A stretch of 11,549 bases of DNA from Octopus sinensis. Its lineage: Eukaryota. The notes under the pieces are model-generated. The model searched no databases, had not been told where the DNA came from, and saw only the letters and a list, made by a program, of their open reading frames with translations. The stretch lies in NCBI RefSeq assembly GCF_006345805.1, contig NW_021826951.1, positions 1 to 11,549 of the forward strand, given 5' to 3'. Of the stretch, positions 8,907-11,549 are shown in pieces. The translations under genes were made by a program, and so were the position numbers. Numbering within the stretch: position 1 is the first letter of the stretch; every line of letters starts with the position of its first letter.

Positions 8907-9252
8907 CAGGACATGGTGAGAGTCGCGTTTCGTCGCAATACAGAAGTTTGAGGTAATCATCTAGATGAAATGAACACTACAAAGGAGCTGATTATATATG
9001 GAAATTAAAAAAAAAAAGGAACGACTTTGGGGTCAGAATATTAAATGGTGAATACTGAAAAACCCTGTCCTAATTAAATTGAGAATAAAGGCTGTGAACT
9101 ACATACCGCAGAGAAAATGAAAAACCATAAAATCCTTCATAAACAAAGCCATTATTCTGACTCCAGATTAGGAATGCTCGACAATGTAAGTAGTATGAAA
9201 AGCACCTAACCAACACCTGTGAAATTTTACCTTCACCCAACCAGAATCATAT

Positions 9253-9375
9253 GAGTGGCTGTGTGGTAAGTAGCTTGCTTACCAACCACATTGTTCTGGG
9301 TTCAATCCCCCTGCATGGCACCTTGGACAAGTGTCTTCCACTACAGCCTCGTGAAAGAAGCCCATCATATATATG

Positions 9376-9418
<43 letters not shown>

Positions 9419-9631
9419 GGGTCTGTGTTTGTTCCCCCCCCCAACATCTCTTGACAACCGATGCTGGTGTGTTTATGTCCCCTGTAACTTAGCGGTTTGG
9501 CAAAAGAGACTGATAGAATAAGTACTAGGCTTACTACAAAGAATACGTCCTGGGGTCGATTTGCTCAACTAAAGGCAGTGCTCCAGCATGGCCGCACTCA
9601 AATGACTGAAACAAGTAAAAGAGTAAAAGAG
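9253..9631 (+). mobile_element. SINE family A, copy 6, with an internal deletion of about 40 bp
   Basis: Aligns to family A but lacks ggccgacc...ggaaac between cagcctcg and tgaaagaag (about 9351). Confidence 0.92.
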
Positions 9632-9894
9632 TATGCACAAATAGCTAATATTGTCTTCACTTCAGACTTCCTTTGTTTTTTTCGTCTTCCAATTTTCTCT
9701 CTTTTATCATTCACCTACTTTAAATTTACATTTACTTTTCCTTTATACAGCCATCATTCCCTTCTTTCAGCCATATAATTCCTTATTTAGCTGGTCCCTC
9801 CATCATGTCTACTTGGAATAGTTCTTCTCCCTCCCCCTCTCTCTCCCTCTTGCTGCTGTCTTCTCAGCCCTGTTATCATTTTAGGAACCACACC

Positions 9895-10020
9895 TGTGTG
9901 AGTGTGAGTGTGTATCCACACACAAACAAACAAACACACACATACACACACACACACACACACATGCACGCACACACACATACACACACACACACACACA
10001 CACATGCACGCACACACACA
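9895..10020. repeat. (TG)/(CA)n microsatellite
   Basis: Direct observation. Confidence 0.93.
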
Positions 10021-10039
10021 GAGGAGCGTGGTTGTGTTG

Positions 10040-10134
10040 TGATATCTACATATCAAATTTGAGTGCAATCAGATGGAGGATGCCCAAGGTCCTAGAAGAC
10101 ACACACACAGATAGAATGGATTTTATATAATAGA
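10040..10134 (-). mobile_element. 5' terminal fragment of a second Helitron-like family (may extend further left)
   Basis: Same terminal layout as 6670-6782 (caa(a/g)ttt...aatc(a/g)g...acacacaga...tttatata..agat), with a|TC start on the minus strand. No 3' CTAG or hairpin found. Confidence 0.5.
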
Positions 10135-10137
10135 TAA

Positions 10138-10343
10138 TATGTATATGTGTGTGTGTATATATGTTTGTGAGTTTGTGTTCCCCCTCCCCCAACATTGACA
10201 ATCACTGCTGGTGTGTTTATGTCCCCATAACTTAGTGGTTTAGCAAAAGAGACCAATAGAATAAGTACTGGGCTTACAAAGAATAAGTCCTAGGGTTGAT
10301 TTGCTCAACTAAATGTGGTGCCCCAGCTAGGCCATCATCAGAC
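10138..10343 (+). mobile_element. SINE family A, copy 7 (3' half only)
   Basis: Aligns to the post-microsatellite half of family A. Confidence 0.88.
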
Positions 10344-10788
10344 AATTGAGTTCAAGTTTATGTAGTACCTGCTAAGTTAAAATTGTCTTGGAAAAGCTGA
10401 GTTCTGTTAAATGGTAGTTAGTTTGTTTCGGAGGCTGTGATGGTACGATGTTATGGAGGATTTTTATTGAGTAAATTTGGAGTTGTGTTATAATTCGGAA
10501 TTTATTCAGGCATGTAGAACTTTGTAATCAGAGGTATCTATTTAGGTATGTCATCTTCAGGTCATAGGGCTTCACAAAAGAACGTTTTTAGGTGTAATGT
10601 GCTTGTTAGTTAGCAGATGTATCACTAAGTTTACTGGTTGTTGGTATTATTTGGATATTAATGGGATATTAACTTTTGTTTTGAGGATGTGAAGGTTAAA
10701 TCTTTAACCATCACATTCTCAAGACCAGCATCTTCTGTTACAGCCTCAGATCAAATTAATCCTTATGATAGATATAGCAGATGGAAAC

Positions 10789-10841
10789 TACACACATATA
10801 GCCATACATATATACAAACTTACATGCATGCATGCATACAT

Positions 10842-10874
<33 letters not shown>

Positions 10875-10888
10875 AACACACATACATA
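10789..10888. repeat. (CATA)n/(CA)n microsatellite
   Basis: Direct observation. Confidence 0.92.
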
Positions 10889-11172
10889 AAAGCTGATTCG
10901 AAGACTACAAATCCATGCCATCACTGGCACTTTAAAATATCTGTAAAACTTTCCTGAAATTTATCATAAAATCATTTCTGAACATGTCTAGACATGCAAC
11001 TATATGCATGGGAATACATACAGAAATCTAAGCACACAAATCGGCACATATGTATACATACAAAAATACCCTGATGATGTTGTTGAAATTCCAGTGAAGA
11101 AGTTTTGGATCAAAGGTTAGAAACCAGCTCTTTCTCTATTGAGAAGAAATTTTGAAATAAAACTGAATAATG

Positions 11173-11472
11173 ATATACATACATACATGGAAACATATAT
11201 ACATAATGCATACATGCATACATACATAATGCATACATGCATACATATATAGATGCATACATACTTACATACATACATAATGCATACATATATAGATGCA
11301 TAGATACATACATACATACATACATACATACAAAAATACATACATACATACATACATACATACATACATTCATACATACATACATACATACATACATACA
11401 TACATACATACATACATACAAAAATACATACATACATACATACATACATACACTCATATATACATACATGCA
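11173..11472. repeat. (CATA)n tetranucleotide microsatellite
   Basis: Direct observation. Confidence 0.95.
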
Positions 11473-11549
11473 TGGTGGCTGCCCCTTCATTATCGAGTAT
11501 GGCCATTGCACAAAGCTTAATCAATGTTGTTATCGTGCAATGCCTGTGC

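Noticed and set aside
2201-10343. CRISPR-like or regularly spaced repeat array
   Set aside because: The repeats are 230-420 bp, dispersed, in both orientations and have individual TSDs. The context is eukaryotic.
10500-10570. Minus-strand CTGAAGATG as a hammerhead
   Set aside because: No appropriately placed GAAA or helix II.
11071-11092. CTGATGA-tgttgtt-GAAA as a hammerhead
   Set aside because: No helix II or helix I pairing.
57-11524. HT/CV/YI-rich ORFs in the ORF track (e.g. 1434-1923, 8448-8875, 9787-10068, 11110-11524)
   Set aside because: They are translations of microsatellites, which lack stop codons.

Overview
AT-rich eukaryotic, almost entirely non-coding DNA. The SINE families and microsatellite load look like an octopus/coleoid cephalopod genome (from memory, not a database search). 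Contents: about 7 copies of a tRNA-derived SINE (family A), 3 copies of a second SINE (family B, with TSDs), 1 copy of a third tRNA-derived SINE (family C, 11-bp TSD), one complete and one partial non-autonomous Helitron, a decayed DDE (hAT-like) transposase relic, many microsatellites, and a possible terminal coding exon on the minus strand (982-1146). The most interesting signal is two unrelated foldback (palindromic) elements, 5415-7025 and about 7553-8025. Each arm of both carries a minimal type I hammerhead-ribozyme motif of the kind found in Penelope-like elements, and one copy (6069-6125, +) has an intact catalytic core. The first foldback lies in a four-level nested insertion stack that can be reconstructed from target-site duplications. 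Nearly all ORFs in the supplied track are repeat artefacts.
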